A stretch of DNA of 33,840 nt from Microcoleus sp. (GCA_042408215.1 JAYFMW010000009.1:1-33840), one strand, 5' to 3'; shown: positions 10,053-20,110, counted from the first letter of the stretch. A program made the numbers and translations. The notes: generated by a model from the sequence alone, not told the origin.

Positions 10053-10431
10053 GACAGCACACCCAGTAGATTGTGCAGTTGGGATATGATTCCAAGATTT
10101 GACTTAGACGAAGTGGTTTATCTTCAGTGTACTTAGAGAGGTCTTGAGTCCGTTCCGTACTTCCAACTGTGTAAATACCACAATGTTCTGCAAACTCTGT
10201 TGCATACCAACAAGAATAATCATATGTAGGGTTAGGGGGAATTTCTTCCGCAACGTTGCCTCCTGGCTCGTTTCCACTCCGTAGATTATCTAGGATTTTA
10301 TGGCCATCATTGTTTGAAAGACTGGCTCCATCTGGGACGTAATACACAACTTGACTCCCTTCAGGAATCAGAAGATCGGATTTCTGATCCGACCATCTAC
10401 CACCATGAGCTGAAATTATTATGCCAGTCAT
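9973..10431 (-). CDS. Stv ('putative adhesin')-like domain protein with HG...CR motif
   Basis: IIISAHGG, IPEG..VVYYVPDG, YDY, LSQIL, IYWVCCR; GAGG RBS. Confidence 0.6.
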   Translation of the reverse strand: MTGIIISAHGGRWSDQKSDLLIPEGSQVVYYVPDGASLSNNDGHKILDNLRSGNEPGGNVAEEIPPNPTYDYSCWYATEFAEHCGIYTVGSTERTQDLSKYTEDKPLRLSQILESYPNCTIYWVCCRESDDRAHSKFLRNSPGAFLELYRMD

Positions 10432-10658
10432 AGATTAACCTCTGCATCGCTTATGAATCAATCATGCAGCTTCCCTTTCCTCAACACCAGCAAAGTTAGC
10501 AAAGTTAAGAAGAAAGTTAAGGATTTAGCACCAGCAAATCCCCAAAGCCATTCTTCATCTCAGTTTCAGATGCAGCAAGAGATTTTCATTCAGAGGTATC
10601 GATCTTAAGCAGGAAACTTTACACACTTCGTAACAAATTCCTCTGAACTTTTATTAAC

Positions 10659-10749
10659 AGGACTTACGCATTGTAACGGTGCAACAAGGCTTTGAGATTG
10701 CTTCGCTGCTCTCGCAATGACAGAATTGCGTTATCTGTGCGTAAGTCCT
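10659..10749. mobile_element. MITE with AGGACTTACGCA termini
   Basis: Perfect 12-bp inverted termini; ATTAA on both flanks. Confidence 0.8.
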
Positions 10750-10916
10750 AATTAATCAGGTTTCCAGGCGGCGCACTGAGCGTAGTCGAAGTGTCGATCG
10801 CCCTTTCCAAAAGCCATGCACACTTGATTAAGTTATATGTAAAATTACCGATCTTCACTGAAACGTCCCGTTAACCTATCTATCTACTTGGCTAACAGGC
10901 TTGCGTATATTTCCTT

Positions 10917-12359
10917 ATGCTCCAACCTCAACCGCGATGCAGAAAGACCGATATCCTTACCCAGCAAGGATTTCAGAAACTCCAAACAGCAGTATCTCAG
11001 ACAGACAATTGGAACCCTTACACCAAATCCTGTCCCTTAGAAGCCTTAAGAGAATACACTGGGCTATCGACCCATACTCTCAGCAAAGTCCACGCTCGGA
11101 AAGCAGGTGTTGATTTACGAACCCTCGTGCGCTACTTCAGCGCTTTTGACCTCACCTTGGAACCCAGCGATTATCTGTCCCCTATCCGGCATGGGGAAAC
11201 GACTGAGCCAGTTGGTGGGAGGGTAGGCACGGGGGCACTACCCCTACAAAATCCTGGTTTTCCTGAGAATGAAACAGCCCTGCTGAACAATGGCGTGAGT
11301 TGGGGTCTGGCACCGGATGTTTCAGTCTTCCACGGTCGTACCGCCGAATTAGCTACTTTGCAGCAATGGGTTCTAGAACAGCGCTGTCGTTCGATCGCTC
11401 TCTTAGGTATGGGCGGCATTGGTAAAACTTGGCTGGCGACTAAACTGGCAGAACAGGTGCAGCATGAATTTCAATCCGTCGTTTGGCGCAGTCTCCGACC
11501 GATCGCGCGATCGCACTCCCCCATGCCCTTCAGCGATTTCCTAGACGACCTGATTCGCCACCTCGCCCCCCCGTCCAACCCAACAATTCCAGAACCCATC
11601 GGCGCTAAAATGCTGCAATTGATGGATACCTTGAGACAAATACCTTGTTTGTTGGTTCTCGATAGCGTTGAATCCATTCTGCCAGGGCATACCCCACAAA
11701 CCGCTTCGAGGAATGGTTCTACAGAACAACACCCTGCTGACGATGAGACGTATTGCGAGCTTTTACGACAACTGGGACAAGGGCTACATCAAAGCTGTGT
11801 GGTGTTAACCAGCCGAGTAGAACCGAAACTGATCCAGTATATGTCAGGGGAGAATTTAGGAGTCCGTTCTTTAAGCATCCCAGGATTGCAGCTTGCAGAA
11901 ATCCAACGGATGTTTCGCACTAGAGGCTCATTCCAGTGCAAGGCTGCCGAATGGACTCGCTTAGTTGACTACTACGGTGGCAATCCCCTCATTCTAAGCA
12001 TTGTTGCCACAACCATTCAGCGTTTATTTGATGGGAGCATCACAGAATTCTTAAGACAAAACACGATGATTTTTGATGAGATTCGTGAGGTGTTAGATTC
12101 ACAGTTTGAGTGTTTGTCAGCTCTAGAGAAAGACGTGATGAGAGTTCTGGCAACCCAGGATACGCCCCTTTCATTTTCAGACTTGCGATCGCGAATTTCA
12201 CTTTCAATCTCCACAATAGTCTTGTTAGAAGCTCTGAAATCTCTGAAAGCGCGATCGCTAATCGAAAGGACGGCTGCTCATTCTGGCTTGCAACACTTCG
12301 ACGGAGCTCAGTGCACCGCCCTGCTGAGGGATTATGGGAAAGAACGTTTTGTGTTGTAG
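10917..12359 (+). CDS. HTH + NB-ARC (STAND) protein with no C-terminal repeats
   Basis: N-terminal HTH (LEALREYTGLSTHTLSKV), FHGRTAEL, Walker A GMGGIGKT, LLVLD, VLTSR, GGNPL, winged helix LKARSLIE. Confidence 0.9.
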   Translation: MLQPQPRCRKTDILTQQGFQKLQTAVSQTDNWNPYTKSCPLEALREYTGLSTHTLSKVHARKAGVDLRTLVRYFSAFDLTLEPSDYLSPIRHGETTEPVGGRVGTGALPLQNPGFPENETALLNNGVSWGLAPDVSVFHGRTAELATLQQWVLEQRCRSIALLGMGGIGKTWLATKLAEQVQHEFQSVVWRSLRPIARSHSPMPFSDFLDDLIRHLAPPSNPTIPEPIGAKMLQLMDTLRQIPCLLVLDSVESILPGHTPQTASRNGSTEQHPADDETYCELLRQLGQGLHQSCVVLTSRVEPKLIQYMSGENLGVRSLSIPGLQLAEIQRMFRTRGSFQCKAAEWTRLVDYYGGNPLILSIVATTIQRLFDGSITEFLRQNTMIFDEIREVLDSQFECLSALEKDVMRVLATQDTPLSFSDLRSRISLSISTIVLLEALKSLKARSLIERTAAHSGLQHFDGAQCTALLRDYGKERFVL

Positions 12360-12500
12360 GTGCGGAGCTTCTCCGACGGGGGACGCACAACAGGAGACTC
12401 TGCCTCCTGTTTACCTGTGCGATGGAAGCAGAGCAAGAGTGACATGGGTTCCCAGGCAGAGCCTAGGAACCAGTTGAACCAGTTGAACCAGTTAAATTAA

Positions 12501-14585
12501 CTACTTCGCAGCTTGACGCTCTTTGGCCGCCTTGATCACTTCTTCAGCGATGTTGCTCGGACAAGGAGAATAGTGAGAGAACGACATTGAGAACTGTCCG
12601 CGCCCAGATGTCATAGTACGCAAGTCGCTAATGTAGCCAAACATTTCGCTCAACGGCACATCTGCCTTGATGCGTGCTCCTGTCTGGTTTGTTTCCTGAG
12701 ATTTCATCATCCCCCGGCGGCGGTTGAGGTCTCCGATGACATCGCCCATGTAATCATCTGGAGTGAATACATCGACATTCATAATCGGTTCGAGCAACTG
12801 AGGCCCCGCTTTCGGAATAGATTGCCGATAGGCCGCTTTTGCAGCAATTTCAAAGGCCATCGCCGACGAGTCAACGGGGTGGAAACCGCCTTCTAGGAGC
12901 GTGAATTTCAAGTCTAAGCAGGGGAATCCAGCCAAGACGCCTTTGTCGATGCAGCTTTCAAAGCCTTTTTCGACGGCTGGCCAATATTCTCTCGGTACGC
13001 TACCACCGGTCACTTTTGATTCAAATATGAAGCCGCTTCCAGGCTCACCAGGCTCGATCACGTAGCCGATTTTGGCAAATTGACCAGAACCACCTGATTG
13101 CTTTTTGTGGGTGTAATCGTCTTCGAGGCGCTTGGTAATCGACTCGCGGTAGGCTACCTGTGGTTCGCCAACTTCTACTTCGACGCCGTGGGTGCGCTTG
13201 AGAATGTCTACTTTGATGTCGAGGTGTAACTCGCCCATCCCCTTGAGAATCATTTCGCCGCTTTCTTGATCCGTCACCATGTGGAAGGATGGGTCTTCTT
13301 GCACCATCTTGGTGAGGGCTGCTCCCATTTTTTCTTCGCCGCCTTTTAGCTTCGGTCTGACCGAAATTGAAATTACGGGTTCTGGGAAGACCATTGGCTC
13401 TAGGGTTGCGGGATTTTTGGGGTCGCAGATGGTGTGTCCGGTGCGGACGTTTTTCATGCCGACGATCGCCACAATGTCCCCTGCTTGAGCCGATTCAATT
13501 TCTTCGCGAGAGTTGGCGTGCATTTCCACCAAACGGCTGATTCGCTCGGTTTTGCCTGTGGCGGTGTTGAGTACGGTGTCGCCCTTGGACAACTTACCGG
13601 AGTACAGGCGGGTGAAGGTTAGAGCACCGTAGCGATCGTCCATGATCTTAAACGCGAGTGCTCGCAATGGCTTGTTGGGATCGACGATCGCAAATTCGCC
13701 GGTTTCATTCCCATCGAGATCGACTTCTGGCTGTGGTGTGACTTCCATCGGGTTTGGCAGGTAGTCAACCACGGCATCCAGTACCAACTGCACGCCCTTG
13801 TTTTTAAACGATGAGCCGCAGTAGGTGGGGAAAAATGCCCGATCGCGACAGCCTTTGCGAATACAGCGCTTGAGGTCATCAATACTCGGCTCATTGCCTT
13901 CGAGATATTGTTCCATCAGAGCGTCGTCTTGCTCGACGGCCAGTTCGATCAACTGTTCGCGCCAAGTTTCGACATCATCGACCATATCGGCTGGTACATC
14001 TTTAATTTGATAGTTCATCGGGTCGCCGGAGTCATCCCAGATCCAGGCTTTGCGGGTCAGCAAATCGACTACGCCGCAAAATTTTTCTTCAATGCCGATC
14101 GGCAATACCATGACCATCGGTTTAGCTGCGAGGATTTTATCAACTTGCTTGACAACGCGGTAAAAATCTGCACCGGTGCGATCGAGCTTATTGATGTAGA
14201 TAACACGAGCAACTTTGGAATCGTTAGCGTAACGCCAGTTGGTTTCAGATTGAGGTTCGACTCCACCTGAAGCACAGAACACACCGATGCCACCATCGAG
14301 AACCTTCAGGGAACGGTAGACTTCAATGGTGAAATCTACGTGTCCAGGGGTATCGATGATGTTCAGTTGGTGATCGTTCCAAAAACAAGTTGTAGCAGCG
14401 GACTGAATCGTAATCCCGCGCTCTTGCTCTTGTTCCATGAAGTCCGTCGTCGCCGCGCCTTCGTGTACTTCACCAATTTTGTGGATTTTACCAGTCAGTT
14501 TCAGGATTCTTTCGGTGGTGGTGGTTTTGCCAGCATCTACGTGGGCGAAGATGCCGATATTTCGATAACGAGTGAGATCTTTCAT
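12501..14585 (-). CDS. fusA: Elongation factor G, stand-alone paralogue outside the str operon
   Basis: [33 protein letters not shown]; 694 aa. Confidence 0.95.
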   Translation of the reverse strand: MKDLTRYRNIGIFAHVDAGKTTTTERILKLTGKIHKIGEVHEGAATTDFMEQEQERGITIQSAATTCFWNDHQLNIIDTPGHVDFTIEVYRSLKVLDGGIGVFCASGGVEPQSETNWRYANDSKVARVIYINKLDRTGADFYRVVKQVDKILAAKPMVMVLPIGIEEKFCGVVDLLTRKAWIWDDSGDPMNYQIKDVPADMVDDVETWREQLIELAVEQDDALMEQYLEGNEPSIDDLKRCIRKGCRDRAFFPTYCGSSFKNKGVQLVLDAVVDYLPNPMEVTPQPEVDLDGNETGEFAIVDPNKPLRALAFKIMDDRYGALTFTRLYSGKLSKGDTVLNTATGKTERISRLVEMHANSREEIESAQAGDIVAIVGMKNVRTGHTICDPKNPATLEPMVFPEPVISISVRPKLKGGEEKMGAALTKMVQEDPSFHMVTDQESGEMILKGMGELHLDIKVDILKRTHGVEVEVGEPQVAYRESITKRLEDDYTHKKQSGGSGQFAKIGYVIEPGEPGSGFIFESKVTGGSVPREYWPAVEKGFESCIDKGVLAGFPCLDLKFTLLEGGFHPVDSSAMAFEIAAKAAYRQSIPKAGPQLLEPIMNVDVFTPDDYMGDVIGDLNRRRGMMKSQETNQTGARIKADVPLSEMFGYISDLRTMTSGRGQFSMSFSHYSPCPSNIAEEVIKAAKERQAAK

Positions 14586-14646
14586 AAAAAAGTTCGGTAA
14601 GTGGGAAACTTAGAGGCTTCAGCCCTGAGAGGGAAACTCTAAGGGG

Positions 14647-14844
14647 CATTGGTGTCAACTTAACGTTAAACCCAGTCAGAGACTGCTGTTTGACTATTAA
14701 GGCCAGATCCCCCCTAGCCCCCCTTAAGAAGGGGGGGACAGGAGTCTTCTCAAAGTCCCCCTTCTTAAGGGGGATTTAGGGGGATCTAGACTTGGCGTAA
14801 AACCCAGATTTCTCAAGGGTTTCAGGCTTAAGTTGACACCAATG
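14647..14844. mobile_element. 198-bp MITE nested in the HEARO element
   Basis: 17-bp inverted termini CATTGGTGTCAACTTAA; 9-bp target duplication TCTAAGGGG (14638-14646 and 14845-14853). Confidence 0.9.
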
Positions 14845-14932
14845 TCTAAGGGGGACTTCGGTCTAGAGTGAATCCCCTTGTGGGGGTGGAGGGGTATGGT
14901 TGCCCCTCCGTGGAGCTCTGGTTGTCTCCGAA

Positions 14933-15165
14933 TCCCTTTCGGGTAAAGTTCGCGCGCGCCTTTGTTATAAGAGCTTGCGCCGGCTTGCAGCACTGTCGAG
15001 CGTGACTTTAAGACTGTTTAACTACAAGCGACAGAGCCCAAAACTAGCGTCGCATTCAAGGAGTGTCGTGACTCAAATAACGTAGCCAGTTAAGGCGATA
15101 GCTGGTCAGTACAGCTTGCTTGATTGCTCTTACAAGCTCAGTCCCTTTAGGGCTGAGTTACTAAC
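14933..15165 (-). ncRNA. HEARO / IscB omegaRNA scaffold
   Basis: Minus strand reads GTTAGTAACTCAGCCCTAAAGGGACTGAGCTTG...GACCAG...CTACGTTATTTGAGTCACGACAC...GCTAGT...CTCTGTCGC...TTAAACAG...CAGTG...ATAAC...AACTTTACCCGAAAGGGA, the order of conserved HEARO segments. Confidence 0.8.
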
Positions 15166-15896
15166 TGTAATCTGAAGTTGACTTCCTGCTTCACTTGAAC
15201 ACGAGTTGATGCAGCTTGGAGGAGTTTCCTCACCCAAGTATCGGTTTCGATTTACCGAGGCGTTAGTTCCGGCGTTACCCGCCGTAATTAATGCTTGTTC
15301 TATCTAATATGTTTCGTGCCACCTTCCAGTCTCTATTTTGGGTATCCCCGCTGCGGATGACCTTTATGAGTTCTGGACGAGAGAGATTTTTTGTGGTTCG
15401 ACTTCGCACGCACCGTTTTCTGGCGATCGCTTCAACAATTTTCCCACAATTGGAACATTTTTGAGAAGTATAGTTAAGACTAACTGCTACGGTTGCGACT
15501 ACTCAATAGGAACATATCTACTTTAAGTGTAATTACATAAATCTTACCATAGAATTTGCTAAAAATTTGTGGTTCGACTTCAAGGGCGCCTACCGGGCGA
15601 AGTTTTAACTATTTCCGCTACCTGATTGGCTTGTAGCCAGTTGCAGCCAGAAAGAGGCGATCGGACTCGTTGCTTCAACCGTGGTTCGACTTCCCACGCA
15701 CTGTTTCGCCGATCGGCATTATACTCGCTTTCCGATCGCCACAGAGGATGCCCGATCGGCGATCGGCAACAAACACCCGCAAAACAGGGAGCGCGAGGGG
15801 GATTCCGCGATACAATCGGTGTTTGGTAAAGAATTTCTCAAAGCTCACTGCCCATTACAGGCTTGTGGGCCTGTATTACCCAACTTGTCTGAAAAT

Positions 15897-17468
15897 ATGG
15901 ATTTTGCTACTCTTGCCGCCCAGCTAAATGCTGGAACTATATTGCCAGAGGGAATAGTCATCGTCACCCTCTTGGTTGTACTCGTGGGCGACTTAATCGT
16001 AGGCCGCAGTTCCTCTAGTTGGACTCCCTACGTCGCCGTTGCCGGGTTGCTGGCTGCGGTCGGTGCCTTGTGTTTGCAAGCGGACAACACTAATACTATC
16101 TCGTTTCTGGGCGGTTTTAACAGCGATGCCTTGAGTTTAGTATTTCGCGGAATTATTGCTTTGACTGCGGCTGTCACTATTTTGATATCCGTCCGCTATG
16201 TACTGCAAACTGGTACTGCTTTAGCGGAATTTATCGGCATTTTGCTCAGCGCTACTTTGGGGGGAATGTTCCTTTCCGGTGCTAATGAATTGGTGATGAT
16301 TTTTATTTCGTTGGAAACCCTGAGTATCTCGTCTTATTTGCTGACGGGTTACACAAAACGTGACCCGCGTTCCAATGAAGCGGCTTTGAAATATCTGTTA
16401 ATTGGCGCGTCTTCTTCGGCGGTGTTTCTCTACGGGCTTTCGCTGCTGTACGGGTTATCTGGTGGCGAAACTACGTTAAGTGCGATCGCAGCGAATCTTT
16501 CTACTGTTAATAACGGTCAATCTCTGGGTTTAGTGATTGCGTTGGTATTTGCGATCGCCGGAATTGCCTTCAAAATCTCTGCGGTTCCCTTCCACCAATG
16601 GACACCGGACGTTTACGAAGGTTCACCTACACCGGTAGTTGCATTCCTTTCTGTCGGTTCCAAAGCAGCCGGTTTTGCCCTAGCAATCCGCTTGTTAACT
16701 ACGGTTTTTCCCGTACTTACAGAACAGTGGCACTTCGTATTCACAGCCTTAGCAATTCTCAGCATGGTGTTAGGGAATGTGGTAGCTCTTGCCCAGACTA
16801 GCATGAAGCGGCTTTTAGCTTATTCCTCGATCGCCCAAGCCGGTTTTGTGATCGTTGGTTTGGTTGCAGGAACCGAAGCCGGTTATTCCAGCATGATCTT
16901 TTATCTGTTGGTTTACCTGTTTATGAATTTAGGCGCTTTCGCCTGCATCATTCTGTTCTCATTGCGGACTGGAACCGACCAAATTAGCGACTACTCAGGT
17001 TTGTACCAAAAAGACCCGCTGTTAACTTTGGCCTTGAGTATTTGTTTGCTTTCCCTCGGCGGAATTCCACCGCTAGCCGGATTTTTCGGCAAAATTTATC
17101 TGTTCTGGGCTGGCTGGCAAGCTGGACTTTACGGCTTAGTTATTCTGGGATTAATTACCAGCGTAATTTCGATTTACTACTACATCCGCGTCGTCAAGAT
17201 GATGGTAGTCAAGGAACCTCAAGAGATGTCAGATGTTGTCAAGAATTATCCTGAAGTTCGCTGGAATCTTCAAGGAATGCGGCCTTTGCAAGTCACCGTT
17301 GTACTGACGCTAGTTGGGACTACTTTGGCGGGTATTTTGTCGAATCCTTTGTTTAATTTGGCTAATGATGCTGTTAGCCAAACTCCCATGTTGCAGTCGG
17401 CGTTGAGTCATGTGCAACCTGTGGTGGCTGCAAAAATTGAATCGAACTTGTTGTCTCGCCAGGATTAA
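15897..17468 (+). CDS. ndhB: NDH-1 subunit 2 (NdhB/NuoN)
   Basis: [19 protein letters not shown] start, [33 protein letters not shown]; start reassigned to 15897. Confidence 0.97.
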   Translation: MDFATLAAQLNAGTILPEGIVIVTLLVVLVGDLIVGRSSSSWTPYVAVAGLLAAVGALCLQADNTNTISFLGGFNSDALSLVFRGIIALTAAVTILISVRYVLQTGTALAEFIGILLSATLGGMFLSGANELVMIFISLETLSISSYLLTGYTKRDPRSNEAALKYLLIGASSSAVFLYGLSLLYGLSGGETTLSAIAANLSTVNNGQSLGLVIALVFAIAGIAFKISAVPFHQWTPDVYEGSPTPVVAFLSVGSKAAGFALAIRLLTTVFPVLTEQWHFVFTALAILSMVLGNVVALAQTSMKRLLAYSSIAQAGFVIVGLVAGTEAGYSSMIFYLLVYLFMNLGAFACIILFSLRTGTDQISDYSGLYQKDPLLTLALSICLLSLGGIPPLAGFFGKIYLFWAGWQAGLYGLVILGLITSVISIYYYIRVVKMMVVKEPQEMSDVVKNYPEVRWNLQGMRPLQVTVVLTLVGTTLAGILSNPLFNLANDAVSQTPMLQSALSHVQPVVAAKIESNLLSRQD

Positions 17469-17502
17469 TTTTACCTGGTTTTGGATGATATCAAAGAGTT
17501 GG

Positions 17503-17537
17503 AAAACGCCTAACTATTGAAGTTGGGCGTTTTTTTT
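17503..17537 (+). terminator. ndhB intrinsic terminator
   Basis: aaaacgcctaact-loop-agttgggcgtttt followed by a T run. Confidence 0.8.
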
Positions 17538-17568
17538 ATTGTTGTGATATACTGTTAATTACAGTCCT

Positions 17569-17654
17569 GGACGCACGCTTCTACCTAATTCTGTCATTCT
17601 GAGAGAAGCGAAGAATCTCAAGCCCTTAGAACACCGTCATAATGCGTAAGTCCT
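17569..17654. mobile_element. Degenerate GGACTTACGCA-type MITE
   Basis: Right end TGCGTAAGTCCT intact; left end decayed to ggacgcacgc. Confidence 0.5.
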
Positions 17655-17712
17655 CAATTATGATTTATCACCGCAGATGTAGGCAGATTAACGCTGATTA
17701 ACGCAGATAAAA

Positions 17713-17820
17713 CGGACTTATGCACTCCGAAAAAGAAACCGGGTTTTTTACCTAATCTGTCGGTAAAAACGAAGTATTTTCGTGAAAAAACCCGGTTTCT
17801 GGGCCCCATGCGTAAGTCCA
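17713..17820. mobile_element. GGACTTACGCA-type MITE
   Basis: ggacttatgca...tgcgtaagtcc termini; ATAAAA on both flanks; internal AGAAACCGGGTTT palindrome. Confidence 0.75.
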
Positions 17821-17844
17821 ATAAAAGTTAGTACAGAGGTAACA

Positions 17845-18444
17845 ATGTTAGTACAAACTAAGCAAAAGTTTTATACTCTAGATGAGTACCGGGAGTTAGA
17901 GGAAACTGCTGAGTTTAGAAATGAATACCGCGATGGAGAAATTGTACAAATGAGTGGTGGTACTATTAATCACAGCCGGATTATCCGAAATTTGAGTAGA
18001 GTTTTGGGAAATTTGCTTGAGGGGCAGCCCTATGAGCTTTTTCACAATGATTTGCGGTTGTGGATTCCTCGGTATCGACGCGGAACTTACCCCGATGTAA
18101 TGCTGATTGAAGGAAAGCCTGTTTTCAACGATGGACGCAGTGATGAGATTCTCAATCCTGTGCTGATTGTGGAAGTGCTTTCTAAGTCTACTAAGGATTT
18201 CGATCGGGAGGATAAGTTTCGGTTTTATCGATCGATTCCTGAATTCCGTGAATATGTGTTAATCAATCAATCTGAGTTTTTGGTCGAACAGTATATTAAA
18301 ACTGAATCGAATCAATGGTTATTTCAGGAATATGAGGGAGAAGCAGCTACAGTTTCTTTTGCTTCCGTGGGATTTAAAATCTCGATGAGTGAGATTTATG
18401 CAAAGGTAGTATTTGAAACCCAGGAAACGGAAGTACAAGCATAA
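17845..18444 (+). CDS. Uma2-family endonuclease-fold protein
   Basis: EYRDGEIVQMSGG, YPDV, IVEVLSKST; GAGG RBS before ATG 17845. Confidence 0.9.
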   Translation: MLVQTKQKFYTLDEYRELEETAEFRNEYRDGEIVQMSGGTINHSRIIRNLSRVLGNLLEGQPYELFHNDLRLWIPRYRRGTYPDVMLIEGKPVFNDGRSDEILNPVLIVEVLSKSTKDFDREDKFRFYRSIPEFREYVLINQSEFLVEQYIKTESNQWLFQEYEGEAATVSFASVGFKISMSEIYAKVVFETQETEVQA

Positions 18445-18467
18445 ACTAGATTATGGTAAAATAGAGT

Positions 18468-18896
18468 ATGACCAAGAAAATCGAGCAATATCGGATTGTT
18501 GAAACTCTCACGGAAAGTCAAATTTCTGACTTGATGGAATTATACAAAAATGAATTTTGGAGCGATAAGCGCACTCGCGAGGATGTTGTGAAAATGTTGG
18601 AGGCAACGGATGTTACGATCGGTTTGGTCGATGAGAGCGATCGGTTAATTGCTTTTACTCGCGTCATCACCGATTTTGTATACAGAGCAATGGTTTTTGA
18701 TGTCATTGTCAAGCCGACATACAGAAAGATGGGACTGGGTGCGAAGTTGATGGATGCAGTTGTCAATCATCCAGAATTGCAAGCAGTTGAAAAATCTTAT
18801 CTCACTTGTTTACCGAACATGATGCCGTTTTACGAACGATGGGGTTTCACAGATGACTTGGGCGAAATTCAGTTTATGCAGCGAACAAAGCCCTGA
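18468..18896 (+). CDS. GNAT N-acetyltransferase
   Basis: DVIVKPTYRKMGLG motif A; FYERWGF. Confidence 0.9.
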   Translation: MTKKIEQYRIVETLTESQISDLMELYKNEFWSDKRTREDVVKMLEATDVTIGLVDESDRLIAFTRVITDFVYRAMVFDVIVKPTYRKMGLGAKLMDAVVNHPELQAVEKSYLTCLPNMMPFYERWGFTDDLGEIQFMQRTKP

Positions 18897-18949
18897 GATT
18901 AGTGATTTTCTTTCATCAGCGTTCATCAGCGGTTAAAAATCTATAAATT

Positions 18950-19306
18950 CTAAATTCCCAACTTTTCCCGCATCACATCTTCTTTGTCTCTAAAACCTAC
19001 TAAAACCGCCGTTCCATCCTTAACAAACAGAGGGCGCTTCAGCAGCATCGCATCCTTAGCAAAAGCCTCAATCCACTCTTCGCTTGTCCAATTGTTCCGA
19101 GCTTCGCCCAAAGCGCGGTAAGATTGACCGGAGGTATTTCGCATGGGTTGAAAACCTAAAGAATTTACCCAGTTTTGAATTATCTCGCGAGTGGGTGGAT
19201 TTTCTTTTGTGTTAATGAACTCATAGGTAACTGCGCTATCTTCCAGCCACTTGAAAGCTTTTTTGCAGGTGCCACAGTTGGGTATTCCGTAAACTTGAAT
19301 AGACAT
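18950..19306 (-). CDS. ArsC/Spx/MgsR-family protein
   Basis: YGIPNCGTCKKA, LLKRP; start reassigned to 19306. Confidence 0.9.
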   Translation of the reverse strand: MSIQVYGIPNCGTCKKAFKWLEDSAVTYEFINTKENPPTREIIQNWVNSLGFQPMRNTSGQSYRALGEARNNWTSEEWIEAFAKDAMLLKRPLFVKDGTAVLVGFRDKEDVMREKLGI

Positions 19307-19312
19307 AATATT

Positions 19313-19600
19313 TGGGAATGGGGAATGGGAAATGGGGAATGGGGAATGGGGCATTGGGCATTGGGCATTGGGCATTGGGCATTGGAATTAACACTAATAA
19401 CTAATAACTAATGACTAATGACTAATGACTACTGACTACTGACTAATGACTAATGACTAATGACTAATAACTAATGACTAATGACTAATAACTAATGACT
19501 ACTGACTAATGACTACTGACTACTGACTACTGACTACTGACTAATGACTACTGACTAATGACTACTGACTACTGACTACTGACTAATGACTAATGACTAA
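19313..19600. repeat. Long heptamer STRR block
   Basis: GGGAATG/GGGCATT runs, then about 30 ACTAATG/ACTACTG units. Confidence 0.95.
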
Positions 19601-20040
19601 TGACTGCTGAATAATTTGGCTTGTTCAATCCATTTTTGCACGCGATCGACTGAAGGAGTTAAGTCATTCCGCTGCATTGTGGCTACGTGCATTCTTAAGA
19701 TTTGTTGGTGCAATCTTCCCACTGGCATTTGGGCTAGTTGAGCCGGAGAAGCAACGCCTGCGTGGAGTAACAGCCCGCAATACTCACAGCCTACACTGGG
19801 AATGCTAGCCAAGTCTGCCATCGCTACCCATTTGTTGACATATCGAATGTTAACTTGCAACTGAGCGGCCAGCAAGGCCTTCGCCGTTGGTGTTTTAGTC
19901 TGGTCAATTAGTTGCGCGGTTGTGCTAATTCCGCATCCTTCTAGTTGAGATTGGTTCTCATGGCTCAATCCGGGCAATTGTGCGATCGGCCAATCCCGTA
20001 CTTGCACGGAACTGCCATGAGTTTTATGATAAGTTTTCAT
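19597..20040 (-). CDS. DUF4332 protein
   Basis: WPIAQLPG, WVAMADL, YCGLLLHAGV. Confidence 0.85.
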   Translation of the reverse strand: MKTYHKTHGSSVQVRDWPIAQLPGLSHENQSQLEGCGISTTAQLIDQTKTPTAKALLAAQLQVNIRYVNKWVAMADLASIPSVGCEYCGLLLHAGVASPAQLAQMPVGRLHQQILRMHVATMQRNDLTPSVDRVQKWIEQAKLFSSH

Positions 20041-20110
20041 GTTTTTTTTCAGTTATTTTACTGATATTTTAAAGTATAAAATATAAAACAGTCAAGAGAG
20101 GCGATCGCCC

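Larger units (their letters stand above)
14586..15165 (-). mobile_element. Non-autonomous IS200/IS605 (IscB-type) element with no ORF
   Basis: Bounded by TTCAT (14581-14585), with a subterminal hairpin at each end and a HEARO-like RNA; no iscB frame. Confidence 0.75.

Noticed and set aside
14724..15085. ORFs as an iscB remnant
   Set aside because: No PLMP, RuvC or HNH motifs; they are translations of MITE and RNA sequence.
15393..15693. tRNA (GGTTCGA T-loop) or CRISPR array
   Set aside because: No cloverleaf; spacing of 176 and 112 bp is irregular and the repeat is too short.
15681..15896. 72-aa N-terminal extension of NdhB
   Set aside because: The conserved start is MDFATL at 15897.
19175..19411. 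ORFs and an ArsC extension (PNAQCP/PHSPFP)
   Set aside because: These are translations of heptamer repeats.
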